A stretch of DNA of 64,000 nt, from the NCBI RefSeq assembly GCF_963921235.1, contig NC_086108.1:11594001-11658000 (forward strand), written 5' to 3'. This document shows, piece after piece, positions 1 through 12,444 of this stretch. The position numbers and the translations under genes were made by a program. Origin of the DNA: Mobula hypostoma. Lineage: Eukaryota. The notes beneath the pieces were generated by a model. The model saw only the letters and a list, made by a program, of their open reading frames with translations. It was not told where the DNA came from and made no database searches. Positions within the stretch are counted from its first letter, which is position 1; every line of letters starts with the position of its first letter.

Positions 1-71
1 TTTTTAAATATATAGATAAATTACAGTAAGAAGTATATGTACACTTACTGTAATTTACAGCTTTTATTATT

Positions 72-925
72 ATAGAGTCGTAGGGTAAAAGGAAAGTACA
101 GCACAGAAAGAAGACTTTCAGCCCATCTAGTCTGTGCTGGACCACTTACACTGCCTGCTCCCATTGCAGCACCAGGACTGTTAGGTTGCATTCAGGAGTT
201 AGGATCTGGAGTAAATTTTCACTTCAGCAACCAATCTTTAGACCTGAACGTGGATTGCGGATTAAATTTAAAATGCAACCCTGGGTAATAGGTTCCTGGA
301 GCTGTGGACACCAGTTAATTGAAAACCAGACAATGCTGATTAACATTCATTTTGGGTGTCTGAAGTGTAGGTGCAAAGAGGGAGGTGTGAAAGTTACATG
401 TAATTCAAAGGAAACATTGTAGATATGTTGTAACAGTAGAATTGTCCTGTTACTTTTGACCTTTAGGATATAAAATGTCATGTAATATAGGGTTGTACAG
501 GCCTCTTCCTCCGCAAGTGTCTAATTTTGTTGAATAAAACACTACTATATCCACTAGCTTCAGTGTCTCTCTGGTGACTTTGTTCATGTTACAACGTGAA
601 CCTCAGCCCTCCATCCCCCATCCCATGCGTGTACCTACCAAACCTCCTCTTAAATGTTGAAATCAAGCTTGCGTCCACCACTTGCCCTGGCAGCTTGAAC
701 CATACTCTCACAACCCGCTGAGTGAAGAAGTTTCTCCTCATGTTTCCTTAAACTTTTCACCTTTCACTCTTAACCCATATCCTCTTGTTCTAGTCCCATC
801 CAACCTCAGTGCAAAAAAGTCTGCTTATATTTATCTGATTACACACCTCAAATATGTACATGTCTATCAAATTTACCCTGAATCTTCAACATTCCACGGT
901 ATAAAGTCCTAACCTATCCAACCTT
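72..925 (-). mobile_element. Old CR1 3' fragment, interrupted by a solo LTR
   Basis: CR1 3' sequence (gtacagcacagaaa...; ttcacctttcactcttaaccc) like the copies at 18122 and 46110; it resumes after ~597. Confidence 0.7.
179..596 (+). mobile_element. Probable degraded solo LTR
   Basis: Starts TGTTA, TATA-like GATATAAAA ~468, AATAAA ~532, ends ...GTTACAAC(G); splits a CR1 fragment. TSD not clean. Confidence 0.55.
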
Positions 926-934
926 ATGTATTAT

Positions 935-2398
935 AAGACTATAAAACCATAAGATATAGGAGGAGAATTAGTCCATTTGGCCCTTTGAGTGCTCCAACAT
1001 ATCATTATGGCTGATCGATTTACCTCTCGGGCCCAATCTCACAGCCTTCTCCCTTCCTGCATGCCCTGACTAATCAAGAATCTATCAACATCTGCCTTAA
1101 ATGTACCCAATGACTTGGCCTCCACAGCCACCTGTGGCAATGAATTCCACAGATTCACCAATCTCTGGCTAAAGAAATTCCTCCTCATCTCCATTCTGAA
1201 AGGATGCCCCTCTACTCTGAGGATGTGTCCTCTGATCCTGGACTATCCCACCATAGGAAACCTTCATGTTCTTTGAACTTTGGTGGAAAGATTTGGTGAA
1301 GGGAGAGTTTACCAGGATATGGAAGCCATCTTCTCGAACAAGGAAGTAGATTAGTCTTTCACCCAAAGCTGGTGTCTTCAACTACACTGGCTTGCCTGTA
1401 CTGGTGGTCAGAGCTTAGAGTGTCACTTATAAGAGAATCAATCAGGGTCTTGTGGAGTGTAGAAGTCTCACTGGAAGGACCAAACAGAGACAGCAAAGGA
1501 AGGCCAGAAGTAGAACAACACAGGAAGGCACACAACATGGGCTATCTCGCATAGTTCTTGTGATGCTCTCTGACCAAACCAATACTTCCCAAATGATTAC
1601 TCGTCCTGTAAATACGAGGAGTTCTAAACATGTTGCTAATCAAGAACAACACACATAAAATGCCGGTGGAACTCAGGAGGTCAGGCGACATCCAGAAAGA
1701 GGAATAAAGAGGCAATGTTTTGGACTGACCCTACATCGGAGCCTTTCACTGGTCCCATGTTGGACTTGGTTTACTGAGATGAAACACTCAACAATATATG
1801 TGCTGAAGTAGTCAACTAGTTAGTTAATTAATTGGTTAATTAATTAAGTAATTAATCAAGGATTAGGCCTCAAGTCGTGGTGTCATTTGTTTGCAACTAC
1901 CTGGGAAGAGGTATCAGAGCTACTGCGCTCCACCGCGGGTGGTGTCTGTGTTGACCTTCCCCCCCCCCCACCCTAGTGTTCATAGGGCAGAAGACAAGCT
2001 TTCTTGTGTTCATCGCAGATCTCAGCAGCATTGGATGGCTTGAGTTTGCACTCTTTTATTCAGTGGCTGTATCTTTCTCTCTTGTATGCATGCTTTGTGC
2101 TGTGTGTGACTGTTGGTATTGTATTTTGCACCTTGATCCTGGAGTAACACTGTTTCATTTGGTTATATTCATGGGTGTTCATGCATGGTTGACTGACAAT
2201 TAAACTGGAATTGAATTGAATTGAATTAAGGACAGAACCCTAACATCAGATTTGTCTCATCTTCCCACACGTCCGAGGCTATTACTCAGTACTCGCCACT
2301 GAATACATGCAGTAATGTTTCTTATTTATTGGTCCTCTGCTCTTGGTTGTCTGTGCCTTATCATCCACTGACCCTGGATGGGACAATGACATAATATC
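935..2398. repeat. Left arm of an inverted segmental duplication (partner 3882-5292)
   Basis: Colinear reverse-complement match including unique sequence, e.g. gtctttcacccaaagctggtgtcttcaactacactggcttgcctg (~1354-1398) vs ~4894-4938. Confidence 0.92.
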
Positions 2399-2904
2399 CT
2401 TGTTCCTTAAGATCTTCCCTCTTTCCCTACTCCAGTCTGAGACACGCTAACAGAATGAGTGCAAGTGGAATTTCTACCAAGGTGGATGAGTTGAAGGCAT
2501 AAATATTTTTAAAATGTGATATGATCCGGTCGCTCTTACAGAAAGTGTTGCAGAAGTGAACAAGGTTAGGAATTAAATATTTAGACTTTGGACTAGACGC
2601 GAAAGGGAGAAGAATGGAATGAGGATTGTAAAGGTGTCTTGCCTCATAAAATCAGGAAATGGAATCAGTCCTGTGCGTAGTGTTTCGATCAGAACCATTA
2701 ACAATTCCTTGCCACCACTGATCCTGCTCGACCTGCTGAGTTCCTCCCACGGACTGGGTCTTGTTTCAGGTTCCAAAGGGCACAGACTCCCTTGTGTCTC
2801 CAGAAGGGGGAGTCAGTTTGGATGAAGCTGACAAAGACAACAGAGGCAGAAATCGGTGGTGGAGAACATACTGCATGCCCCAAGTATTATGGTAATGATA
2901 GCAT

Positions 2905-3825
2905 GGTAGAAACCAGGTAGAAGAAATAAAAGTGTTGACTATTTTCTAAATGGAGAGAAAATTCAAAAATTGGAGATGCAAAGGGACTTTGGAGTCCTTG
3001 TGCAAGATTCCCTGAAGGTTAATTAGCAGGTTGAATTGATGGTGAGGAAGGCAAATGTAATGGTTGCAGTTATTTTGAGAGGACTAGAATATAAAAGCAA
3101 GGATATAATGTTGAAACTTTATAAAGCACTAGTGAGGCCTCACTTGGAGTATTTGAGCTTCTTATCTAAGAAAGGATATTCTGTCATTAGAGAGGGTCAA
3201 CAGATTTCAAAGAAGCTTTGATAAAAATAATTATATCAGCAGATCATGCGATGAAAATAAAAGCACCAGAAAATGGTGCTACTAAAAGGACACACTTAAA
3301 AAAAATTACATTGTAAAATGCCTTTATTTCAAAGACAAAACATCTACAGTTCTTTAAAAAAAAGTGGAAGAACGGAAATAAGACTTTAATACCTAGGAGC
3401 AGAAATAGGCCATTCGTCCCATCATGTCTTCTCTATGATTTCATCATGGCTAATTTATTATCTCTCTCAACCCCATTCTCCTGCCTTCTCCCCATACAAA
3501 CTTACTAATCAAGGACCTATCAATCTCTACTTTAAATATACCTCATGACTTGGCCTCCACATCCATCTGATGCAATGAATTCCACAGATTCACCACCCTC
3601 TGGCTCAAGAATTCCTCTTCATCTCTCTTCTAAAGGGATGCCTCTCTATTCTGAAGCTGTGCTCTCTGGTTCTAAGACTACCCATTACAGGAAACATCAC
3701 ATCTATTCTATCTAGACCTTTCAATATTTGATAGGTTTCAGTGAGATCCCTTCTAAACTCCAGTACGTACAGACCCAGAGCTATCAAACACTCCTGATTC
3801 GTTAATCATTTCATTCCTGGGATTA
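2905..3825. mobile_element. Two CR1 fragments (+ ~2905-3205; - ~3390-3825) in the spacer between the arms
   Basis: ORF remnants KANVM...LYKALVRPHLEY and LGLYVLEFRR...DLTETYQILKGLDR. Confidence 0.85.
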
Positions 3826-3881
3826 TGAAGTGAAGGATTTGTGGCGTGGGATGCTTGCTCTTCAATTGACATTGATCCACT

Positions 3882-5292
3882 GATATTACATCATTGTCCT
3901 ATCCGGGGTCAGATGAGGCAGAGACAACCTGGTGCAGAGGACCAATAAATAACGTTATATAACATACTCAGTGGCGAGTACTGAGTTATATCCTCAGATA
4001 TCTGTGAGGAGATGAGGCAAGTCTGGTGTTAAGATTCTGTCCTCAAAACAGGGTAATTCAATTCAATTTAAGTTTAATTGTCATTCAACCATACATGAAT
4101 ACCCATGAATACATTTAAGCGAGACATTGTTCCTCTCGGGCCAAGGTGCAAAACACAATGCCAACAGTCACACACAGCACAAGGCACCTGTAGAAAGATA
4201 CAACCACTGAATAAAAAGCCCAAACTCAAGCCATCCAATGCCACTGAAACCTGCAGATGAACACAAGAGAGCTGGTCTTCTGCCCTGTGAGCACTGGGGA
4301 TGGGGGGGCATGGAGGTTAGGACAACACAGACACCACCCGTGGTGGAGCGCAGTGGCTCCAACACCTCTTTCCAGGTAGTTGTATACAGACGACCCCACA
4401 ACTTGAGGCCTAATGTTTGATTAATTAATTCATTAATTAACTGATTCATTAACAAGTTACTTAATTAATTAGTATGTTAATTAGTTAATTGATTAATTAA
4501 CCACATATACTGTTGAGTAAACCAAGCTCAACGCGAGACTAGTGAAGGGTCCTGTTGTATAGTCTCAATCCAAAACATTGCCTGTTTATTTCTCTCTATA
4601 GATGCTGCCTGAGCTGCTGAGATCTGCCAGTGTTTTATGTGTATTGTTCTGGATTGACGGCATTTTTAGAACCCTTAGTGTTTACAGGATAAGTAATCAT
4701 TTGGGAAGTATTGGTTTGGTCGGTAGCATCACAAGAACAATGCGAGATAGCCGATGTTGTGAATCTTCTTGTGTTGTTCTACTTCCGGCCTTCCTTTGCT
4801 GTCTCTGTTTGGTCCTTCCAGTGAGATTTCTACACTCCACAAGATCCTGATTGATTCTATTGTAAGTGACACTCTGGGCTCTGACTACCAGTGCAGGCAA
4901 GCCAGTGTAGTTGAAGACACCAGCTTTGGGTGAAAGACTAATCTACTTCCGTGCTTGAGAAGGTGGTTTCCGTATCCTAGTAAACTCTCCCTTCACCAAA
5001 TCTTTCCACCAAAGTTCAAAGTACATGAAAGTTTCTTACAATAGAGTAGTCTGGGACCAAAGGACACAGCCTCAGAGAAGAGGGTGTTCTTTTAGAACGG
5101 AGATGAAGAGGCCAAATTATGGGGCATATTTAAGGCAGAGGTTGATAGGTACTTCATTTGTCAGGCCATGAAAGGATATGGGGAGAAGGCACGAGACTGG
5201 GCTGAGAGAAAAAATGAGTCAGCCATGATGAAATGGCAGAGCAGACTTGAAGGGCCGAATGGCCTAATTCTGCTTCTTTATCTTATGGTCTT
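3882..5292. repeat. Right arm of the inverted segmental duplication
   Basis: Mirror order of the same parts: unique inner block, repeat tail, TTAA-rich tract, Penelope terminal piece, unique core, CR1 3' end truncated at the same point. Confidence 0.92.
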
Positions 5293-5622
5293 GCATTTAT
5301 TATCAAAGTATGCATACATTATACAACTTTGAGATCCGTCTCCGTGTAGGCAGCCACAAAACAAAGAAACCCAAAAGAACCCACAATAAAAAATGACAGT
5401 ACAGAGAGTGAGAGAAAGAAAGAAATCATGCAAGCAATAAAAGTAAGCAACTTGCACTTAGAATGAAAGTGAGTCCTCAGACACGAAAACTAGAGCAGCT
5501 AGAGCAGGCCCACAGCCTCAGCCTCAGTTCAGCGCATAACAGAGTAAACATTGTGCAGAACCGGCCAGAATCTCACCTCTGGGAGGCATGCCACTTGTGT
5601 GCCTCTGTTCTGGTGTTTGTGT

Positions 5623-6524
5623 TGTGACGAGAGTACACATAGACTAAGATGTTAACTGTCCTGTGCTGGCACCAATTGGTCTGCCACCTGTCTTCAGGAG
5701 AAAGAGAGATAAGGAAAACAATGGAGCAGCATTTGGAGATGTTAATGAAGGGACGGGAGAGTTTAACGGAAGGAGACACGGTCTGAGAGCTGTCAAGATC
5801 GGTTCCTCTTTGAACCCTGAACTGTTTGAAGTGATGGACAGGCGATACCCCAGCAGGGGGATAAAAAGGGACAGGTTCGCTAAGGCAAGACACACACAAC
5901 ACCACGAGGTAGCGAGACCCATGAAACGGTGCGCCTCTCACAAGTCGGTGGGAATTTTGGAGGGCTGGTCGCGGGACTAAGCCATAGATGCACAGGGTGG
6001 AAAGGTACGATCGGCGGGAACCTGGTGTGTGTCCGCCCTTGCCAGGGTGCCAGGTTCACTGCAGAGGAGAGATCGTATCTAAAAACGGAGGGGGGTCACA
6101 GTCGGTGACCTCAGAAGACATTACAAAGGGCTCGCCCGAAAGCTGACTGTGAAGAATATTGAAGGTCTGTGTGGAAGCTGTTTGAATATTCATTTGCTTT
6201 TGCTCTCTCTCTCCTCCCCCCCCGCTGTCCACAGCCACGGCAGTGATTACTGTGAACTGAACTGAACTCAATTGAACTGAACTTTGCGTCACTTTGAAAC
6301 TGGTCATTTACCCCTAGACGACGATAGAGCTTGATTGATCCTGTTATCCTAATTCTGTGTACATGTGTGTTTATCATTGCTGAACTGTTGCATTTATTAT
6401 CCTTTTGATTAGAGTGCTGTGTTGCTTATTTCTTTAATAAAACTTTCTTAGTTCCAGTAATCCAGACTCCAACTGAGTGATTCATTTCTGCTGGTTTGGC
6501 AACCCAGTTACGGGGTACGTAACA
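5623..6524 (+). mobile_element. Solo LTR (902 bp), probably Gypsy-type
   Basis: TGTGACG...CGTAACA termini; 4-bp TSD GTGT (5619-5622, 6525-6528); GATAAAA ~5860; AATAAA ~6436. Confidence 0.88.
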
Positions 6525-6779
6525 GTGTGGACTTCATAACTGCATCTCAAAATGACATCTATGATTACTACTCACTACAACACTGCAACTTTCCTTTAAA
6601 CATCAGTCTTTTCTTTGCATCTTGTCTTTTTTATCCATTGTTTGTTCTTTATAAACATTCTCCCGACTGTGACAGAAGGAAATGTGGACACTGCAGGCAT
6701 GGCGCCACTGAATTAACAGCAATTTTAAGTGTACTTTTAAGTAAATGGCTCAGAGACCTATCAATTTCATGATGAACAA

Positions 6780-7350
6780 TAGAACATGGAACAGTACATC
6801 ACAGGAACAGGCTGTTTGGCTCTCAATGTTGTGCCAAACCTGCTAAAAATTAAATCAAAAATCTCCCAAACAAATCCCTCTTTTCTACGCAATATTCATG
6901 TCCCTCCATCTTTGTTATATTCATGTGTCTGTCTAAACTTCTCTTAAAAATGTCTCATGTATTTGCCTCCAGCACCATACCAGGCAGCATATTCCAGGCA
7001 TCCACCACTCTGAGTAAAAAACTTACCCCTCACATACCCCTTGAACCTACAACCACCTCTCCCCTTCAATGCATGCCCTCTGGTATTAGACATTTCAACC
7101 CTGGGAAGATGATACTGTCTGTCTACTCTATCTACGCCTCTCATAAACTTGTAAACCTCTATCAGATCTCCCGTCAGCCTCCACCACACCAGAGAAAACA
7201 ACCCAAGTTTATCCAGCCTCCTGTTTATCACCTGTCCTCTAAATCAGGCAGCATCCTGGTAAACCTCTTCTCCAGCCTCTCCAAAGACTCAACATCCCTC
7301 CTATAGTGGGGCGACAATAGTCCGATGTAGCCTAACCAGAATTTTATAAA
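6780..7350 (-). mobile_element. CR1 3' fragment
   Basis: SPHYRRDVESLERLEKRFTRMLP and RLDKLGLFSL...GDLIEVYKFMRG in the ORF track. Confidence 0.88.
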
Positions 7351-8034
7351 GTAGCAATGATGGGTGAATTGCCTAAATTCACCAGGAGTTCTACCTCCAG
7401 AGACACTGGTAACTGTCTGCCAAATACACTTCCATAAGACCATAAGGCAACAGACATAGCAGCAGAATTAGGCCATTTGGTCCATCAAGTCTGGTCCACC
7501 ATTCTATCATGATTGATTTATTATCCCCCACAAGCCCATTCTGCCGATAACCTTCTACTTCCTGTTGTCCACAGAAGATATCAGGCTGAGGAAGGGAGTT
7601 GCTCTTTGGGGCATCCTCCACATCAGATGAGCCTTTCCTTGTCCTGAGTGAATGTGTCACAATGTGCGCTGGCAATATCGGGACCCAAGTACGGAGGAAA
7701 GACATACCCTGATGTAAAGACGGTGACCAGAGTTTATTCACAATAATTCCCAAAAGAACATCAGTGGCTTGGCCTTGCAACACTGTGAGAAGTAGCTTCC
7801 TCAAAACTAGGACCCTGCGCTTCACATTAATCTGGTTTCTGTTAAATAATACAAGTAGCAGAGAATCCCTGAGCTCGTCAAAATAAACTTTAACAAGCTT
7901 AAACAGGAGGCACCAAGACCGCATTACAATGAGTGAATCGCTGGAGGAAAACACAAGGAGCTCTAAACTCTAAAGGCTGTTATCAAACAACAATTAACCA
8001 ATTCATGTGCTCCAAAACACCTTGGAGCACAATG

Positions 8035-8528
8035 AATCAGAATCAGAATCAGGTTTAATATCCTCGGCATATGTTGTGAGATTTGTTGTCTTTGCGGCAG
8101 CAGTACAATGTGATATATAATAGTAGAGAAAATGTGAATTACAGTAAGTCTATATAGATATAATAGTTAAATTAAATAAAATAGAAATAATAAAGTAGTG
8201 AGGTAGTGTTCATGGGTTCAATGTTCATTCAGAAGTCTGATAGCAGAGGGGAAGAAGCTGTTCCTGAATGGTTGAGTGTGTGCCTTTAGGCTCCTGTACC
8301 TCCTTCCTGAAGGTAGCAATGAGAAGAGGGCATGACCTGGGTGTTGGGGGTCCTTAATGATGGATGCTGCCTTTTTGAGACATTGCACTTTGAAGATATC
8401 CTGCATACTATGGAAGCTAGTGCCCATGATGGAGCTGACTAAGTTTACCAATCTCTACAACTTACTTCAATACCGTGCAGTAGCCCCCACCTCTCCCCAC
8501 TCTCCCCCTTGCCAGACAGTGATGCCTG
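8035..8528 (-). mobile_element. Rex/Babar-type LINE 3' fragment
   Basis: KAASIIKDPQHPGHALFSLLPSGRRYRSLKAHT...FRNSFFPSAIRLLN; (ATTCTG)n tail. Confidence 0.85.
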
Positions 8529-9269
8529 CTCTCCGGCGCCCCATACGGGCCTGAACAGCTCATTACAGATCGTTTGCAGTGTCTGGGATTTTGGTAAATA
8601 AGATCCATAATCTTGTCCCTCGGGGCTAGAATACGCAGAACCACACCAACGATGCCATCTGGCACGTTGCTCTGAATTCCTTCCCCAAAGTTACTGAGTT
8701 AATCACCACCAGGCCCTCTCTGCCTTTATGTCATTCCTTAACATTTGCCACACTGGCTGAGGTTTTGGTCTCTTGATGCTGAATGTGAAGCACCCAAATG
8801 TATTTTGCTGTCACGAGGAATTACATCAATACAGGTTGTTTCCTTCTAGAAACTCTCAAGAATCCAACAACAACCTACAGAAACGACTCAGCATCCATAG
8901 AATGTCTGAGGCCCTAGATCCAGGAGTCTGTGAGACCACTGAGGAGTTAGATTTACGAATCCATGGAGGCTGGGGGTCTGGAAGCGGCCTGTCCTGGGGT
9001 TGGAGACTGTGTGTGTGTGGCTGGGAGGGAGGAAAGCGGCTTGCTTTGCTGTTGCTCTGTTGTTTTTGCTGAGCATTGAGGGTAAGCTAAGAATGTGTGG
9101 TGATACTTCCTCCAGCACATCCTCAGGTAGTGCTGGTTATTAACACAAATGATGCCTCTTACTGTGCACACTTGATAAACAAATGAATTGGAATCTGAAT
9201 CCGGTTTAAGATGACACAGGTAAAACCCAGCGACTACTTACAACTAAACACTTTAAGAGGTATGAATAA

Positions 9270-10015
9270 CGATCACGGCAAAAAACGGAGAGGTGAGCAA
9301 AAGCAAGGCTGAATCGAGGTAGAAGTGTGCAGGTGGAAGGCGAAGTCAAGGTGAGATTGAGGTGTGTTCAAGGTGAAGTCAGGATGAGTAGAGCAAAGCA
9401 AAGGCAGAGTGATGGAGAGGCAGAATAAAAGCCCGCCTACCTAAACCGAGAGTGAGGTCTGATTGGTCTAAGCAGCACGCCAATTTGGAAAGGTCCGATA
9501 CAGGCTGAAACATGGTGGCGAAGTCCAGGCCCAGAGCATTTAAATGCAACAGGACCCGAGTCCTAATTCAAGGAATGACTTGATGTTTGGACAATATAAA
9601 TACTGGGCCAGATGGATTGAAAAGGCATGGGTCAGGCCAGTTCTGCTCGCTGCAACACGATGTTTACTCGGCTCTGTCTGAACTGAGGCTGACGCTGTGG
9701 CCTGCTTCAGCTGCTCGGGGCTCCACATCTGAGGCCTCTGCGACATTTACAGGGCTCTGCACTGAACTGAGTCTAAGGCTGTGGCTTGCTTTGGTGTCTA
9801 TGGACTCACTTTCGTTCTGAATGCTATTTGTTTCCTTTTATTGTTTGCATGATTTGTTTTTTCCCTCTTTCTGCACATTAGGTGTTTGACTGTCTTTTTT
9901 TATGTGAGTTCTATTGGATTTCTTCGTTTTGTGGCTGCCTGTTAGGAGATGAATCTCAGGGTTGTATAAAGTATGCGTACATGCACTTTGCTAATAAATG
10001 CACTTTGAACTTTGA
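9270..10015 (+). mobile_element. Non-autonomous SINE-like element with a Rex-type 3' tail (relatives ~38850-39490 +, ~18545-19270 -)
   Basis: Shares gaggtgaagtcaag repeats, ctgaactgaggctga and the tail gtggctgcctgt...aataaatg.actttgaactttga. Confidence 0.7.
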
Positions 10016-10145
10016 ATCTGAATCTAAATTTCAATCTGAAATCTGAATATAAATCTGAATTTTAATCTGAATCTGAATGAATCTGAATTTTAATCTGAAT
10101 CTGAATGAATCTGAATTTGAATCTGAGTTTGAAACTGAATGAATG
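10010..10145. repeat. (TGAATC)n-like microsatellite
   Basis: Degenerate hexamer run extending a retroelement tail. Confidence 0.85.
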
Positions 10146-11403
10146 ATAATGTGAATTTGATTGCCCATGTGGAAAACAGGAAGCAAGACTGTGTGGGAGT
10201 GATTGTAGTAAGGTGCATGTCTGGGACAAAGCAATTGTCCTTTCTCTGGTTACAAGAAATCTTCACAGTCACAAGGGTGAGATCTCTCTTGTTTTCTCAT
10301 ATCCAATTAAATGTTACACCTCATGTGCAGTAGACATCAACCCCTTTGTTCTTCAGCAAATACTTCCAAGCCTTTGGCAGCCTCCCAGGTGTTCCCCTTT
10401 GTGATACAGAACCGATTCTTAGCTCAGCCAGAAATCACCGAGCAGCTTCAGACAAGCCTCCATCCACACCTGTGGTGTGTTACATGTTTCTGCCAATGCT
10501 CTGCTCTCCCACACACAGTAAAGAATTTCCGTCACTCTTCTGGGATTTCGACCGGGCAGAGACTAGCGTCAATTTGCCTTCAAGTTCCTCATCACAGCTC
10601 ACACATAAATAACGGCGTCTTCTGACAGAGAGACAGTGAGACTCTCTGGTTGGGGCTCAGCACCCTGGAGCATCTGAATCCATCTGCTGAAAGTGAGTTA
10701 TGATCTATTCACGCAAAGTGTGCACTTTCAATCCGGGTGCTCATTCAAACCCACGAGCGCCTAACTTCGATTTTCACTCAGCTTGTTTCACAACAGTGAA
10801 GCCAAAAATGATGCTCGTATACCATCTCCTTTTGCACCGTCAGCCACACACAGCCAATAAAATCCAAACTGTGTTTGATAAAGACTTCAAAGGTTAAACT
10901 TTGGATTAATGGAACATCACAAAGGTATTTACTGCTCCTTTATTCTTGCAGTCTAGTCATCTCCAAACTAATCTATTGTATTCCAAGAAGAAAGGAGAGG
11001 TCAGCATGGAGATCTTTTCAGCCCTATAGCTTTTATATCCTGTGTTTTCACCCGTTCTTTCTTGTTTTTTTGTGTGGGGGAGGGGGATATAGGGCCACGT
11101 TCTTGTGTTTTTTGTTAGTTTTTGGTGTGGGGGTGATGCGCATGTTACCATTCTCTTTTCCTGTGCGGAGGGTGGGTTTGCTGTTTCTGTTTGAACCTAC
11201 TTCATGGTTTTTCTTGGTTCCATGGCTATCTGCAGAAGACAAGTCTCAGAGTTGCAGATTGTATACATACTTTGATAATAAATGAACCTTTGAACTTTTG
11301 AGAATCTGGTTCTGTACAGGGTAAAGGTCCCTCTATTGTCTCTACTCCTGTCTCCCACACTCAAAGTAATAACATTGTGGTGTGAATACAGAGTCAAGTT
11401 ACT

Positions 11404-11535
11404 CTGTCCTGATGAAGGGTCTCAGTCCAAAATGTTGACTGTTTAATCCTATCCATAGATACTGCCTGACCTGCTGAGCTCTTCCAGCATGTTGTGTGTA
11501 TTGCTCTCGATTTCCAGCATCTGCAGCAGTTCTTG
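11404..11535 (+). mobile_element. Penelope terminal-repeat fragment with a degenerate hammerhead
   Basis: gtcCTGATGAagggtctcagtccAAAAtgttgact...gatactgcctgacctgctgag...ttccagcatctgcag; GAAA mutated. Confidence 0.75.
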
Positions 11536-11639
11536 TGTCAAGTTACTCTGTCCTATCACCCATTCCCAGTTCCCAAATTAAATGTTTTCTATAACATCCC
11601 ACCAAAGACTTTCAGGACACTTGTTGTGCAGTTTTGTGT

Positions 11640-12082
11640 AACCCACCTGTAGGAAAGCTATCAATAAGATGAGAGGAAAATGGATCAGCCATGATGAAAT
11701 AGCAAAGCAGTCTTGATGGGCTGAATAGCCTAATTCTTCTTCTACATCTTACAGACTTATGGTCTAAGACTGAAAGAGCACAGGGAAAATTTTCAAGGCT
11801 GTTAGCAGGATTTCAGCACCTGAGTTAGTGGAAAAGTTTGAATAGGTTAGGACATTATTCCCTGGAGTTTAGAAGAATGAAGGGAGATTTGATAGAGGTA
11901 ACCAAATTATGAGGGGGTACAGATAGGGTAAATGCAAGCAGACTTTTTCCACTGAGGTTAGGTGAGACTAGAACTAGATGTCATGGGTTAAAGGGGGAAG
12001 GTGAAATGCTTAAGGGGAACTCCTTCACTCAGTGCGTGGTGAGAGTGTGGAATGAGCTGCAAGCAGAAATGGCGGATGTGGG
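11640..12082 (+). mobile_element. Old CR1; its 3' end continues at ~12826-12865 and ~15997-16062
   Basis: The pieces join into the CR1 3' end gagggctatggtcca...ggtc.atgggact.ggcagaatag...gtagtgctctatgactcta, also seen at ~55940-56105. Confidence 0.7.
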
Positions 12083-12444
12083 AATGTGCAGTGAGCTCTC
12101 CGGGCCAGTGAGGGGAGCCAGGGAGCATTTGGCTCTGAGGTTTCTGGAACACCTTAACAGGTTACTTGCTGTTTAATTACTATAATTAGTTGTTTAACTT
12201 TATTCAATTTATTTTGACAGGCTCGGGGATTCCAAGTCACCTGTCGATTTAAACGCACGTTCCTTAGTGCTCATTGTGAGGACCCAGTCTGGGAGAAAGT
12301 TGCATCTCACAGTGTCGCTCGGTTGACCCATTGATGTCCTGTTGGTATTCTGCTGTATAAACATTGTTTTCTCGTCTCATCATGGGAGTCTGCCTTTCCT
12401 TCATTGCCAGGGCACACTGTGACAAGAGAAGTTTGGATAGGTGC

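Noticed and set aside
7391..7954. 187-aa minus-strand ORF
   Set aside because: No recognisable domain, non-ATG start, and its C-terminal part runs into a CR1 3' UTR; at most a very decayed retroelement remnant.
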